Positions 49,901-63,109 of a stretch of 64,000 bases of DNA are shown here, in pieces (position 1 is the first letter of the stretch; each line of letters begins with the position of its first letter). The DNA lies in NCBI RefSeq assembly GCF_016432865.1, contig NC_067401.1, positions 39,494,001 through 39,558,000 on the forward strand, read 5' to 3'. A program made the position numbers and the translations under genes. The notes beneath the pieces are model-generated. The model searched no databases and was not told where the DNA came from. It saw nothing but the letters and a program-made list of their open reading frames with translations. The stretch comes from Antechinus flavipes (taxonomy: Eukaryota).

Positions 49901-51501
49901 TTTTTGCAACATGGCCAATATGGAAATGCATTTTGCATAACTTTGCATGCATAATACTATCCTATTTCTTGCTTTCTCAATGATTTAAAGAGGGGTTGGA
50001 AGGTGGCAGAGAATCTGGAACTGAACATTTTAAATAAGAATGTTTAAAATAAACTCAACTTGTGGGTCATTGGACAAAAATGTATAACATACCTATTATA
50101 GTTCTTGTTACTACTCTTATTTCTCCTCCAATCTGTTCTTTATACTCTGGACTGAATAATCTTTTCTTTTAAAATAAAATTATTTTTTAATAAGCATTCC
50201 TTTCCCTTCCAATTTAAAAGAATAAAAAACAATCATTATTAACAAATATACGGAATAATCTCTCAAAACGTACAAAGCCAGTCTTGTCATTCTTCTGTTC
50301 AAAAATCTTCAGAGGTTCCTTATTTCTCACCAAGGACAATGCCTGCCTACACCTCCCTGCTTACAGCATAAGGGCCTCTTCCAACTCAGTAGTATCTTCC
50401 TATCAGGCTCATCTTGAATGTAATCTGATGTGTAGCAGCTTCAGTCTTGGGGACTTCCCAATGTATATCTGTGGATCTTTGTGCTTTGCCAGGGTTTTCC
50501 CCAGAAACACTAGAATTTGGCTTATATATGATAGTTCTTAGAGCTCATGTGAAAACTTAGGGTAACAAAATATTGAACATACACCAGACTTTAATTAATC
50601 ATACACACATACAAAAGACAAGACTACTTTACATTCTCTCTAGTAGGTCACACCTTCTCTAGGAACCTTGCTAGTCCTACAGAGTCCTACCCTGAGACTG
50701 AAATTGTTCTGTCAGAATTCAACAATTCTCTTCACCAGTGAGTTCCACTTATACCATCCTTCAAACAATGCTACAATGAAGTTGAGACCTGATTCCTTAC
50801 CCTTCCTTCTCATGGAACAAAGACTCTGGGTTAATGCCCAAAGTGTGCTGTGGCCACAGGGAAGATATAAAGATCAAAAGGACTTTAATCACCCTACATG
50901 TAAAGTCTATGAGAACAATCATGACAGACACTGAATTCACACATTATTGACATTTTGACCTTGTTAAGGGAATTTTACCTTGTAAAGGAAACACTGGCAT
51001 CAATACTAGAACAAATTAGAGAATAACAACATTTCAGAAATTGAAAAGCCTTCAGATCCTGATCTATATTCTATCAAAAAAAATAAAATAAAATCCTGCT
51101 ACAGCCTCTTTCTGAAGCCTTTCATTAAGAAGCTCACCATCTCCCAAATTAGCACATTCTACTTTGGAATTGCTTCAATTCCTGGAATGTTTCCCCTAAC
51201 ATTTCATTTAAATCCTTGCAACTTCCATTCATAGCCCGTAGGCCCTTTGGGGCAAAAAGAGTTTGATGTTCGAAGTTTGGTGCTTCTTCCACATGACATC
51301 ATTTTCAAAAACTTGAAGATAGCAATCATGGTGCTCCTAAGACTTGACTTTTCTATGCTTCAGTCTATCTTTATGGCAGGATGGCATGGATTCAAGGCCC
51401 TTTATTCTTTATTCTGTTTTTCTTCTTATAGACATTTTTCAATGTCTTTTCTTTAATATATTTCCAGATCTAGATACACTGTTAGAAGTTAGGAGATTAG
51501 A

Positions 51502-51541
<40 letters not shown>

Positions 51542-54500
51542 CTTTCCTAATCTCTTTAAGATACTCCAAAGCTATGTTTAGCTTTAGTATTCTGGCTGCC
51601 ATACTGCATTGTTGGTTCATATCACACTGGTAACATAATGAAACCCCCAAATCTTTTTTTTTCAAAATGCTAACCCTACCTCTTCCATCTTATACTCATA
51701 ATTTTTAAAATCCAAATATATGACCTCAAATTTATCCTTATTAAATTTCATCTTATTAGATTAGCTCAGTGTTCTAGTCAATTATGATCTTTTGGGATCC
51801 TAATTTTGTTAAGTATTTTAGCTATACTTCTTAGTTTTGTGTCACCTATAACCACGAGTATGTTGTCTATGTTTCTGTTTAAATCACTGATTAAAAAAAT
51901 AACAAACAGCATTGGACCAACCATAGATCCAAGGGCACTCCATCAGAGGCATCCTTCTGGTCCAATAGAATCATGTTTGTCAATTCAACAGAGTAATGAA
52001 GTCTTTCAAAGTTGTTTTTCTTAATAATATTAATATTGTATAAACTGTTCTCTTGGTTTTGCTCACTTCACCCTTCATTAGTTCACAGAAGTCTATTTAA
52101 TTTTTTTTCATAGCAGCCTACTTTGTCTCATTTTACAGCAAGAATATTCTAATACATTCACATACCATAATTTGTTTAGCTATTTTCCCAATGGATGGCT
52201 ACCTTGTTTCCAGGTTTTTGCTACTATAAAAAGTTGTAACACATATTTCTATGATAATTTGCTCTTGATGAAACTTTCCTTTTTTTAGATATTCACTAAC
52301 TATAACTTTTACATTCTATTACCTTCTAGCATTTTCTTAGGAATCAATTAGTAACTCATAGTTTGCAAATATTATTGTCTTCCCTTTTCTGAAAATTAGG
52401 ACATTTGTCCTTCCCCACTTTTGTCATATCTTTCCTATTCTCCATGATCTTTTAATTACATTGACACTGGATTGGCAATTATACTTGCCATTTCTTTCAG
52501 TACCCAAAAAAGCAGTTCACCTGAGCCAACTATCTTAAATTCATTCAGACCAGGTAGGTGATCTTTTACTACTTAACTATTTTTTTGGAATAACAATTCC
52601 TGGTAAGGTATTTTTATTCAGTATTTTTCTAACCAAATGTTCCTCTCTTTAGAAGAGAAAACAGATGAAGTGAGCTACTCTGTCTTCTTGGCAATAAGTT
52701 ACCATTGTCCTCCATCACCCCAAGTAGCAGTCCTAGTCCTTCTTTAATACTTCCTCCCCTCAATATAGCAAAAACATAAGTCTCTTCCTGCAACTTTCTT
52801 TAACTTTTGCTATCCTTAGCTTATTCTCACCAATCTCATTTTGATCCTCTTCACTCCTGACAATTTTCTCCAGCACTATACCATACTTTTATATTCATTT
52901 CATTATTTGCTTTTCCTTCCTCCCTCCTCTCCTTTTTCTACATATATCTTTTGAAAATAAAAAAAATCTAAGCGGAATTCCTATTTTCCTTTCTTTGGAG
53001 TCGGTTCCCTTTTTGTGTCTTCAAAATTTCATTCTTGAGAATCTTCCATTTCTTCTGGGCTTTTTCTGTAAAATTTTAGTCCATGGGATCATCCTCATCC
53101 TGACTGTGCAGGCAATCAATCAAAGAATAACTATTTATTAAATGCCTACTATGTGCCAGGCACAGTGCTAAGTAGTAAGGATACAAAAAAAGATCAAACA
53201 TAGTCCCTGCCCTCAAGAAGCTCACAACAAGCGAACAAATGTGTAGAATGAACAGAAAATAATTAAGAGAAAGAAAACAGTAGAATTAAGATGGATTTTA
53301 GATGACATTTAAAGGAAGCCAAGAAGACTGAAAAGGGAGAACATTCTGGACATGGAGGATAGAGAAAATACCTAGAGCTAAGGGATAGAGTGTCTTGTTT
53401 ATGGAATAACCAGAAGACCAGTATTACTGGACTGAAGTGTACTTGACAGGGAATAAGGTATGAGAAGATTGGAAAAGTAGGAGAATGCTTTGTTACGAAG
53501 GGTTTAGAATATGAAACTGAGCATTTTTCTTTTGATCCTGGAAGCAACACGGAATCACTGGAAGTTGTTGAGTAGAATGGGGGGATTTGGGAATATTTAC
53601 CATAGTCAGACCCCATGCTTCAGGAAAATCACTTTACTGGCTGAAAGGATAGATTGGAAGGGGAAGAAACCTGAGGCAGGAAGAGCCACCAACAGGTTAT
53701 TGTAATAATCCAGGCATCAGATGTTGAGGAATATATTAAAGTTGCAGAGGGGAAATGAAGAGGCCAATAGATTGTGAGACTCATTAGCTTAGAGATTAAA
53801 ATGATAGAAAAATTTAAAATGAATCCATGGGAGTTGATGAGATCACCAAGTGAATTAGTATAGGAGGAGAAAAGAGGGCTCAGGACAGAGCCCTATGGAA
53901 CAACCATAGCTAGAAAACATCACAAATGAAGATTTGGCAAAGGAGACAGAGAAGGAACAGTAAGGGAAATTAGGACATCCTTAAGACTCACAGAAAAGAG
54001 AATATTAAGGAGGAGAGAATGATCAATAACATCAAAGACTGCAGAAAATGAGGACTAAGAAAAGGTTATTGGATTTGGCAGCTGAAATCACTGGTAACTT
54101 TGAAAAGAATAGTTCCAGTTGACTGATATGAGTTCGGAAGCCCTATGTTTGTCCTTTGTTCTCAAAGAGGACCATGACATCAGGAAGGAGATGCCATGAC
54201 ATGCAAGTGAATTGGATTTAAGTGAGGAAGGTTGGCAAGGTCACCTGCTTTACTTTCTCTTCCAAAGCCATCTGGGTCTAGTAGCAAAATATAGATTAGA
54301 ACAATTAGAGATGGTCCCAGATGAAGTTGGAGACCTTGATCTTTTTAAGCTAAGCTCTTTAACAGGTTTCAGTTTGGGCAATACCCATTCAGTGATTAAG
54401 GCTAAATGAGGCACAGAATGGCCTCTTTTACCTAGTCAAAAAAAAAACACAAATAAATAAAATCTGGGAGGGGAAGCCTCTTGAGGTTTCTAGCCCAAAC

Positions 54501-57500
54501 AGATGTCACTTAATACCAGAACTGTTGAACCAATGTGGGAAGCCCTACTGACAAAGTTAAGAAAAGACTGAGAGCCTAGGAAATGGAAGCACCTATTTTT
54601 TTTTTTTTGACAAGTGCAAAACCTTTTATTTCAATTTTTCCCCTCCTCCCTCCCACCCTCCCCCAGCTTGCAGGTAGACCAATACATGTTAAATATGTTA
54701 AAGTATATGTTAAACACAATATATGTATACATATCCATACAGTTATTTTGCTGCACAAGAAGAATCAGATTTTGAAATAATGTACACATAACACGTGAAG
54801 GCAATAAAAAACGCAAGTGGACAAAAATAGAGGGATTGGAAATGTTATGTAGTGGTTCACACTCATTTCCCAGAGTTCTTTTGCTGGGTATAGCTGGTTC
54901 TATTCATTATTGAACAAATGGAAATGATTTGGTTCATCTCATTGCTGAAGAGAGCCAATCCATCAGAATTGATCATCATATAATAGTGTTGTTGAAGTAT
55001 ATAATGATCTCCTAGTCCTGCTCATTTCACTCAGCATCAGTTCATGTAAGTCTCTCCAGGCCTTTCTGAAATCATCCTGCTGGTCATTTCTTACAGAACA
55101 ATAATGTTCCATAACATCCATATATCACAATTTATTCAGCCATTCTCCAATTGATGGGCATCCACTCAGTTTCCAGTTTCTGGCCACTACAAAGAGGGCC
55201 ACCACAAACATTCTTGCATATGCGGGCTCCTTTCCCTCCTTTAAGATCTCTTTGGGATATAAGCCCAGTAGTAACTCTGCTGGATCAAAGGGTATGCACA
55301 GTTTGATAAATGGAAGCATCTATTGCAGATAGCTTTCTCAAGGAATTTGGCTCAAAGGGCAAGAGAGCTTTGTGGCATCAGAGGGAATGGGAGGATTAAA
55401 TGAGCATTATTTAAGGGTAAAGAGATGTGGGTATGTTTCTAGGCATTAGGGAAGCCAGGGAGTAAACAAGAAAAAGCTAAAGATGGGTGAGGGAGTAGGG
55501 AATGACAGAAGAAGGAATCTGCTAGAGGAGAGGGGATGGAATGGGATCACTTGGACATACAGAGGAGGTCTTCTTGACTAGGAGAAGGGCCATCTCTTGA
55601 TGTTGTAGTAGCAGTAGTAGCAAAAGCTAATGTATATATATATAAAACTTACCACATGCCAGGTACTGTGTTAAGAAGGTAATATGGCAGTATTATAGCA
55701 GATAGTGTTGGGTCTGGAATCAGGAAGACTTCCTGATTTCAAATGTAGTCTCAAACGTACTAGCTATCTGGCCCTGGTAAGTTACTTAAATTTTTAAAAT
55801 TTTTATTTTTAACCAATGAACTGGAGGAAATGGCAAACCACTCTAATACCTTTACTAAGAAAATCTAAGCATAATGACATAGTGGACAGAGCTTTGGTCC
55901 TAGAGTCAAGAGAACTTAAGTTCAAATCCAGACTCAGATAATTGACATTTACTGGCTATGTGACTCTGGGCAAGTCACTTAATCCTGATTGCCTCATAAG
56001 AAAAAAAAAAAAAAAAGAAAGAAAAAGAGAAAAAAAAAAGAAAACTCTTAAGTGGGATCGAAAAGGGTCAGACACTGAACAACTGTGTTAAGTACTTTCC
56101 AAATATCTCATTTGATCCTCCCAAAACCCTAAGAGGCAGGTGCTAGTATCATCTCCCCTGCACAGATGAGAAAACTGAAGCAAATATGGATTAAATGATT
56201 TGCCCAGAGTTACCCAGGAAGTGTTTGAAGTCTTTCTGAGTGCTTTATCCATAGCACTACCTACTTGTTCTTGGCAGAAATCACTGAATGAGACGAGATG
56301 AGAAGAGAAGAGGCAGCTCTCAGTGACTGGCCTGCATTTTTTCAGTAAAAAATGAAGAAAGGTTCTCAGCTGAAAAGATGGTAGAGGGAGAATTAATAGG
56401 AGGTTTGAAGTGGAATGAAAAGTTATGGAAGAGCCATTGTGGAGATGGAACAGTGAGTTTTCACATCAGGAAAATGTGGAAGGATTGCCAAGCAGCAGTG
56501 AGAGCAGAACTGAGTTTCTATAACAAATTTAAAGTGGATCCAAACAAAACAATTGAATGATTTTCTCATCTTCATTCAGCAGCACATGTGTGAGCTCCAA
56601 GGCAGGAGATGGAAGAAGTAATCTTAAAGGTTTGCCAAAGCTCAACTGGCACTTTGATAAGGGGACAAAAGATTAAAGAGAAGAAGAAAGGGTAGAGTTG
56701 AACTGGTTCACTAAAGGGTCAAGGAGGTGAAAGGAAGAGAGTGTGGCTAGTGCAGGGAAATGGTCTAGGAGAAAATTAGAGAACAAGAAAGGTCTCAGTG
56801 AGGATAAGAAAAGAATTTGGTGATGGAAAGCAGAGAAAATAGATTGTAATCAGGTAAGAAAATTTCAGAGTTGACGTCTTTGTGAATGACAGCAGAATCA
56901 AAGATATGACTATCTTTGTGTGTGGATAAAGTAAAGTGGAGTAACCATTGTGAGAAATTAGTTAAGGAGCTAGGAGGATAGGGTGGTGTTTGAGAGAACT
57001 GAGCACTTATGTATGTTGAAGTTCCCTAGCCTAAGAGAAAGGGAGGGACCTGGAGGTAGGTAGACAACAATTATCAAGAGTTTGATTGGCTAATCTCCAA
57101 GGAGGATTAGGTTAATGACTGATGATGGTGGAAAGAAACCTGAAAGTGACAAAGGGGAAGGAGTATTCCAATTCCCCCGCCTTGACTAGTAAGTTGAAAC
57201 AATGAATAAAATTGCAGCCAGTGCTGTAAAAGGTGGCCAGAGAGGCTGTATCATGTGGGGGAAGAAGTGGAAAAGGAATATTTAAGATAAGCACAAGTTA
57301 AATGACTATGGGTAGGTATTCCAGAGGTCACAAGGGAAGGGTTGAGTAGATTTACAGTGCAACATGGTGGGGGTAGGGACGGGGTTAGGTTAAAGGGAAT
57401 GGGAATAAGGGATTGGGTAGTGTGGAAGAGGGAATGAGATTTGGATGACAACCTACAAAGGTACAGAATCACCAGGACATGTAAAATATGACCAGGTGGA

Positions 57501-60500
57501 AGACTGAATTTTAGAAAGACTGAACTCAGAATTTTAAAGTTACTATTATTATAATGTAAGGGTAAAGCCAGCTAGGTAGAACAGCAATTAGAGTGCTAGG
57601 TCTGGAGTCAGAAAGATCTATATTCAAATACTGCCCACCACACATTATTAGCTACATGATCCTGGGCAAGCCACTTAAATTCTGTTTGTCTCAGTTTCCT
57701 TTTCTGTAAAGTGAAGATAATAGCTCTTACCTCCCAGTGCTCTTCTGAGGATCAAAAGAGATAATAGTGATAAAATGCTTGGCACAGTGTCTGATGCTTG
57801 GTAAGACATTAATAAATGTGTGTTCCCTTTCTTTCCCCTTCCTTTTTAGAATCTTAGGCAATTTAAGTGAAGAAGCAAGAACTTAGAGAAGGGGTCATGA
57901 CATTCTACTACCCTAAGGCAGGGAACTAGGTTGGAGACTTGATGGAATGACACTTGCTCCTGATATTTCAGCATTGAGAGATAGATATGTTGGAATAGAG
58001 TTTCTAATTCTCCCATACAAGCTGGAAAGCAGTAAGGAGAAAGCATGAAGTAGAAGGCTTTTCCTCTTCCCACTCCACTGAGGCTGGAGATCAAGCAGAA
58101 GATAGTAGGAAGGAAAAGCTGCTTACCTTTCCTTTTATTTCCTCTCCTCTACCCTCCAAAGCAGCTAGATTGCACTGGAGAAACGGCTCCTTGGAACAAA
58201 ACCTCACCATTTTTTAACTGAAATTTCTTCCATTGTAATTGTGTAATTGCTAATCTTAGAACACCATACTCAATGAAGAATCAAAATTTCAGACCATCCA
58301 AAGGACAAAAGGAGGGAAAAATAATGATTGTAAATACTGTGACATATATCCAAGGTTGTATATTCATGAAATGGCATAAGCAGTCCTCCAATAAACAGGA
58401 TTGCTGACTGACCTAGAGCCACAAACTAATGAAAAACTCAGAGCTCTGTCGTGTGTAAAATGAGGTGGATAGATTAAATGATTTCTAAGGTCCCCTTTAG
58501 AGTTAATACTATATGATTCTCTAACACTTATCATCAAATACATCAAGTGTAATTTGAGGTTTCCGGGGAAGGATACATGAAGCATTGGTTTGTCTCCTCC
58601 ATACCTATTCTGAGTAAACTCCCTTATACCTGGATTTTACCTCCAAATCCATGTATATTGCACTAATGGCCAGCATGGTACCATCCCCAGAGATTGTCTT
58701 CAAATCCTTTCTCAGCATCTGCTCTGTAGTCAGCCCTGGAAAGTGGACAGGCAAAAAGTGAAGGTATGGAATGAAGAAGCTAAAGGAAGAGTAGAGGGCT
58801 CTAAGACCAAGAAACTTCAGTCAGATAAAGGGCTAGGACTATTGAGAGGGTATAAAGGAACAGTACAATGGGAGTGAATGTGCAAGATAAAGGAAAAAAA
58901 CCACCCCCAAAATGACATATAATAAATTTGGCTACCTCTAATGTTAACACTGTAAAAAGAAAAACAGAGATTGTTTCTGAGCAATTTTGAGCAGAATCTA
59001 ACAAATAATCTCAAAGTTAAAAAAAAAAAGTTTGAAAAATGGGTATATTACTATAAATGGCTAGGCATTAACTTTATTCTTCTCTTGGATTAAAAGCAAG
59101 TACTCAAACCCACTTCTATTCCCTACCCAATCCATCCCTTAGTATTCTATCTCACCTATAAACTCAAGTTAATACATAATTTACTTACTTTAAAATGTTC
59201 TGTTTTCCTGATTAGACAGAGAACTCCTGGGTGAGGGGAACTTATTTCTTAATACAAACTCACCCAACACATATACCACAGGTATCAAGAAGACACCTAG
59301 CTGCTAGACAAATATTCCTTATTGACTAATTAAATATCAGTCTCATTCAAAACCTGGTTCCTTTCTGGCTTGTATTTACCCTATATTTATAGCCTACATT
59401 ATCTCTAAGATTTCGCAACTGTCCCAAAGCATGACAACAGAACAGAGGAAGAGTTTGCCACTGGCTACCCACTTACAAAACCTAAGAAGGGAAGTCGGCT
59501 TAATGTTTCATACCTGATACATCAAACTTTGCTTTCTGCAGGGACTCAAAGATGTTGCTCCTATTAGGTAGGTCTGGAAATTGGGCTTCTAGCTGTGCCA
59601 CATACTTGGAATCTTTTGGAGTAACCTTGCCAGCTTCAGGGGCCATGTTAACACAATCCAAGATTATGGTCCCTGTAAGAAAGAGGAAAATTGATAGCTG
59701 AAATTCTGCCTTCACACACTACCCTAAACATTTTCTTCAACAAACTGAACATATAGCATTGGAAAGAGTGGAGTAAAACCACTAGAAAAAAAGAGCTGGC
59801 AAGTACTGTGTTGATTTTTTTTTCTCCTTCACTTATAAACTTAAGATTTTCTGAAATCCCAGAAACTCAGAAAGGAAAAAAAGATTTTGCAATAGAAGTG
59901 GAAATAAAGAGAAGCAGGACTGTTGCAGACTTGGAAAGCTTTTATCACAGGCAAAGATAGATGAGATTTCCCCCAAAGCAAAATAGACAACACCAAGTTA
60001 AGTTTAATACTTAACAGCTTGCAAAGATGCAGGTAGCTACTGCTGTTCCCTTCCCTGAAAATGTCTGAAAAGAAAATTACTCTATAAGCCTGAAGACAAA
60101 TTTTGAACTCTAATATAGAAACCCCAATAAGCAAAGAGGAAAAAGGTCCTTTATTCTGTACTAAGATGACCTAAAGCTTCTCCCACACTTCGCCATACTT
60201 TCCAAAATGCCCTTACCATGCAGAAGTGCTGCAGTTTGCCAGTCCAAGATTTCTGGCTTCCCCTGAAGGATTCTCTCAGCTACCAGAGTGGCACAGGACC
60301 CCACCAGCTCTGCTGTTACATTGCATGGAGGGGAGTACTGATGCTCCAGAGGCCGGTGGTCCAACACCTCTGTTACAGCATTCTCTAGAGCTGCGTCACT
60401 GCTGTGAGGGTGGGGGAGAGAAAAGATAGGGATTATGGGAAAAAATTCCAGCAGTCTCCCTTAAAGGATTTTTAAGCTAATCTTCAAGGATTCTTAGCCC

Positions 60501-61043
60501 TTCTCCAAATCATCAATTCATCATCTCCTCAGTTCACTTGTATAATTCTTTTGGTAACTATTGTCAACTCTCAATTATACATAAGTAGTGTAAATATCTT
60601 ACATACCATCTGTAGCAAGTATTTATTTTCAAAATGTCTTTCCTCTGCCTTTTAGAACACTTTCTGGGATGCCTCCCTCCAAAATCTACTTACCAGTTAA
60701 AAGTTTGTGCTTAGGGGCAACTTGATAAATACTGACAATAATTGTTACACTTACCTTGGGAGGACATGGTGGTCAACAAGAGAAAGGGTAAGTTTTCCAG
60801 TCTGGTGCAAAGCATGAAGATCAATTTCATCTCGGAAAATCAAGGAAGATTCTGGGATGTTAAATTCCGAAAGCATAAAGACACTATCACCTCTCAAGGC
60901 TAGCTCAGAGCGTGGGATATTTAAAACTGGCACAAAGGCTGCCTTGGACTCAGATGTCTGGATAGGAAGATGAAAAGAAATTTGGTGTATTAAAAGTAGA
61001 TGGACGAATGGAAAGATGGAGTGTTTCTTGGTTACAAGGACAT

Positions 61044-61074
<31 letters not shown>

Positions 61075-61509
61075 TGAAAAAGAGCCAAAGCAGGCTGACA
61101 TAACCTCAGGTTGAGAACCTTATTTTGTTACTATATATCATATTAGTCCTATTGTGAATTTTAAGTCACAGATATTTTTTCTGCTTGTTACTCCATATCT
61201 ACATATTTGAAAGTACCATTCTTTTATATAGTGAAGACGTGAAAATCAATGATATGATAAATGACTTTGAAGTCTAAGTGCTAGAGGGAAAAGATAATTA
61301 TTAGTATGTAGAAGCCTGGAAAAAATGGAATAAGAAGTGCCCAGCATAAGTGAAAAGCAAAATTAGGGAGACTTCTACTCTGAAGTGCTACAAGCAGCCA
61401 TGCCTCAGGAACTCACACTTTCCAGGTAGTAGGCCAAGGCAAGAGCAGACACCATAGAATCCAAATCACAGGCTTCATTTCCCAATACAATATGCAGAGG
61501 TCGGGACTC
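43918..61509 (-). CDS. PRUNE1: Exopolyphosphatase PRUNE1 (DHH superfamily), exons 2-8; exon 1 lies right of the window
   Basis: Exons: 61417-61509 ([31 protein letters not shown]), 60755-60957 (...SLVDHHVLP), 60217-60401 (...VLDHRP...VGSCATLV...), 59514-59672 (TIILDCVNM...), 58641-58735, 45509-45667, 43918-44343 (...[15 protein letters not shown]...KKK*). Total 1320 nt, in frame. DxD and DHH catalytic motifs intact. Confidence 0.97.
46292..46487 (+). mobile_element. 5'-truncated L1 (3' UTR only) with 19-bp target-site duplication
   Basis: TAATAATATAATACATTGA at 46273-46291 and 46488-46506 flanks an L1-type 3' UTR with a G-rich tract and A-rich tail. Confidence 0.85.
46935..48134. mobile_element. 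RTE-clade LINE fragment with inverted 5' segment
   Basis: Minus strand 46935-47748 encodes decayed [26 protein letters not shown]...[11 protein letters not shown] through to the RTE 3' end. Plus strand 47743-48134 encodes decayed RT (MSKFxCSEKF, [34 protein letters not shown]). Confidence 0.8.
53115..54120 (-). mobile_element. Degenerate L2 LINE (3' end at left)
   Basis: CAATCAATCA...TATTTATTAAATGCCTACTATGTGCCAGGCACAGTGCTAAG...AGTCCCTGCCCTCAAG, the typical L2 tail, followed by decayed body. Confidence 0.65.
54145..54445. mobile_element. RTE-related marsupial SINE / RTE terminal fragment
   Basis: TTGTCCTTTGTTCTCAAAGAGGACCATGACATC shares the GAAGAGGACCAxxATGACAT terminal motif with the RTE end at 46935-46970. 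Family name not certain. Confidence 0.5.
54598..55307 (-). mobile_element. 5'-truncated L1 (ORF2 C-terminus plus 3' UTR) with 17-bp TSD
   Basis: ORF2 C-terminal peptide [22 protein letters not shown]...[38 protein letters not shown](C/T)CTATT at 54581-54597 and 55308-55324. Poly(A) at 54596-54608. Confidence 0.9.
57590..57815 (+). mobile_element. MIR SINE
   Basis: GGAGTCAGAAAGATCT...TTCAAAT...CCTGGGCAAGCCACTTAA...CTCAGTTTCC...TGTAAAGTGAAGATAATAG. Confidence 0.75.
61044..61071. repeat. (CA)14 microsatellite in PRUNE1 intron 2
   Basis: Direct read. Confidence 0.9.
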
Positions 61510-61569
61510 CTGAAAAGAGTAAGGAGGCGGTTAGGAAGATAGAAGAAAGGGGCATTAGACAATATATTA

Positions 61570-62145
61570 AAACCTAGGCTATAACAAAAGCAATAATCAA
61601 AGAAAAATTTATATCTCTAAATTTGTCTATCACTAAAACAGAGAAGGATCAGGCCAATGAATTGGGAATGCAATTTTAAAAAGAACAAATTAAAAATCTC
61701 CAATTAAACACCAAATTGGAAATCTTAAAAATTAAAGTGCTGAGTGTGAAGATAACCACTGAATTAATAAATAAAACTAAAAACTAGTTTTATGAAGAAA
61801 CAAACATTAAAATAGATAAACCATTGGTTAATATGATTTAAAAAGTGAAGTAAAACAAATCACTAGTATTTAAAAAATGCAATGAGTGAATATTAATTAA
61901 ATCATTAATAAAGATAAAATCAAAGTAACTATAAGTAGTCCTTTCATAAAATATATTGTCAACAAATTTAATAATTTAAGTGAAATAATTTACAAAAATA
62001 TGAAATAGAATATTTTTAAAAAACCTGTTTTAGAAAAAGAAATTGAAAAGGCCATAAATAAGCTTCCTAAGAAAAAAACATCAGGATCAGAAGGATTTAC
62101 CAGTGAATTCCACCAAATATTAAAAGATCAACTAATTCCAAATAC
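61570..62145 (+). mobile_element. Old L1 ORF2 fragment in PRUNE1 intron 1
   Basis: A-rich decayed ORF2-like text, including GAAAAAGAAATTGAAAAGGCCATAAATAAGCTTCCTAAGAAAAAAACATCAGGATCAGAAGGATTTACCAGTGAATTC. Confidence 0.7.
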
Positions 62146-63043
62146 AATCTCAATGACTTAAGAAGGAAGACGGTTTCAACATCCAGAGATATAGCTAATA
62201 GAATAAAAATAGAAGTATGTATAGTACATCTATTGGTAGCCTTCATTAGAATGGGGTGAGGAGAGAGGGAAGAAAAAAAAAGTAAACATTACAGAGAACA
62301 AAATTTAAAGGAAGCACAAAAAACAGGGTAGCTTTGAAAATTATATGCAGCATTATATACTTTTTTTAAAAAGTAAACAGTACAAAATGGAAATTCATGC
62401 TTTTATATTGAATCCTCTTATGTTGATTGAGGACAATGTTCAGGATCTTTACCCATTTTCTTCTCCTTCCCTCTCTACACATAGGCATCTTTTGCTAAAC
62501 CTTACTCTTCTTAAAACTTCTCTTTTTCCTCCAAACCCAAGTAGCACATGATCTCTTTCCTATATTTTCCATCTCTTCTCCTTTACTGGCTCCATCTCAT
62601 TTCAATTATTAGGAGGGAAAATCCTTCCCTTGACCCTTCTACACAATCCACCTCCAGTCCCTCTCCCCTACACCTTCTCTTCTCAGAAAAAGAAATACTT
62701 TTTAGACAAAGTATTCTAAATCCAATACCATCACTTTTTCAAAGACTCATTCTCTCCCTAACCCTCTATATTCTGGCTTAGATGCTCCCTACTCTACAGA
62801 AATCATTTTCTTAAAAGTGACCTGATCAATGTTGTTATTCTGGCAAATTAATTAACCTCTCAGGGGCCTCACCAAATCTCTAAGAATATAAATTCAAGAA
62901 CAGGGTGTGTTAAGGGACAGGTCAATTCTCTGAGAGCCTCCACAGCTGTGGATCATAACATCTGAAGGAGTTGCAGGGCAGCCTTTGCTGACACAGGTGT
63001 TGCAGACTGGGAATGAGATAAATTGGAGGCAGAGGGAAGAGGA

Positions 63044-63109
63044 GAGAGATCAGACAACACAACAGTTTCTCAGTCAGAGAGATCAGAGAACACAACTGCC
63101 TCTCAGTCT
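63044..63109. repeat. Two tandem 33-bp units (28/33 identical), possibly within an LTR-like remnant at about 62905-63215
   Basis: GAGAGATCAGACAACACAACAGTTTCTCAGTCA followed by GAGAGATCAGAGAACACAACTGCCTCTCAGTCT. Confidence 0.75.
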
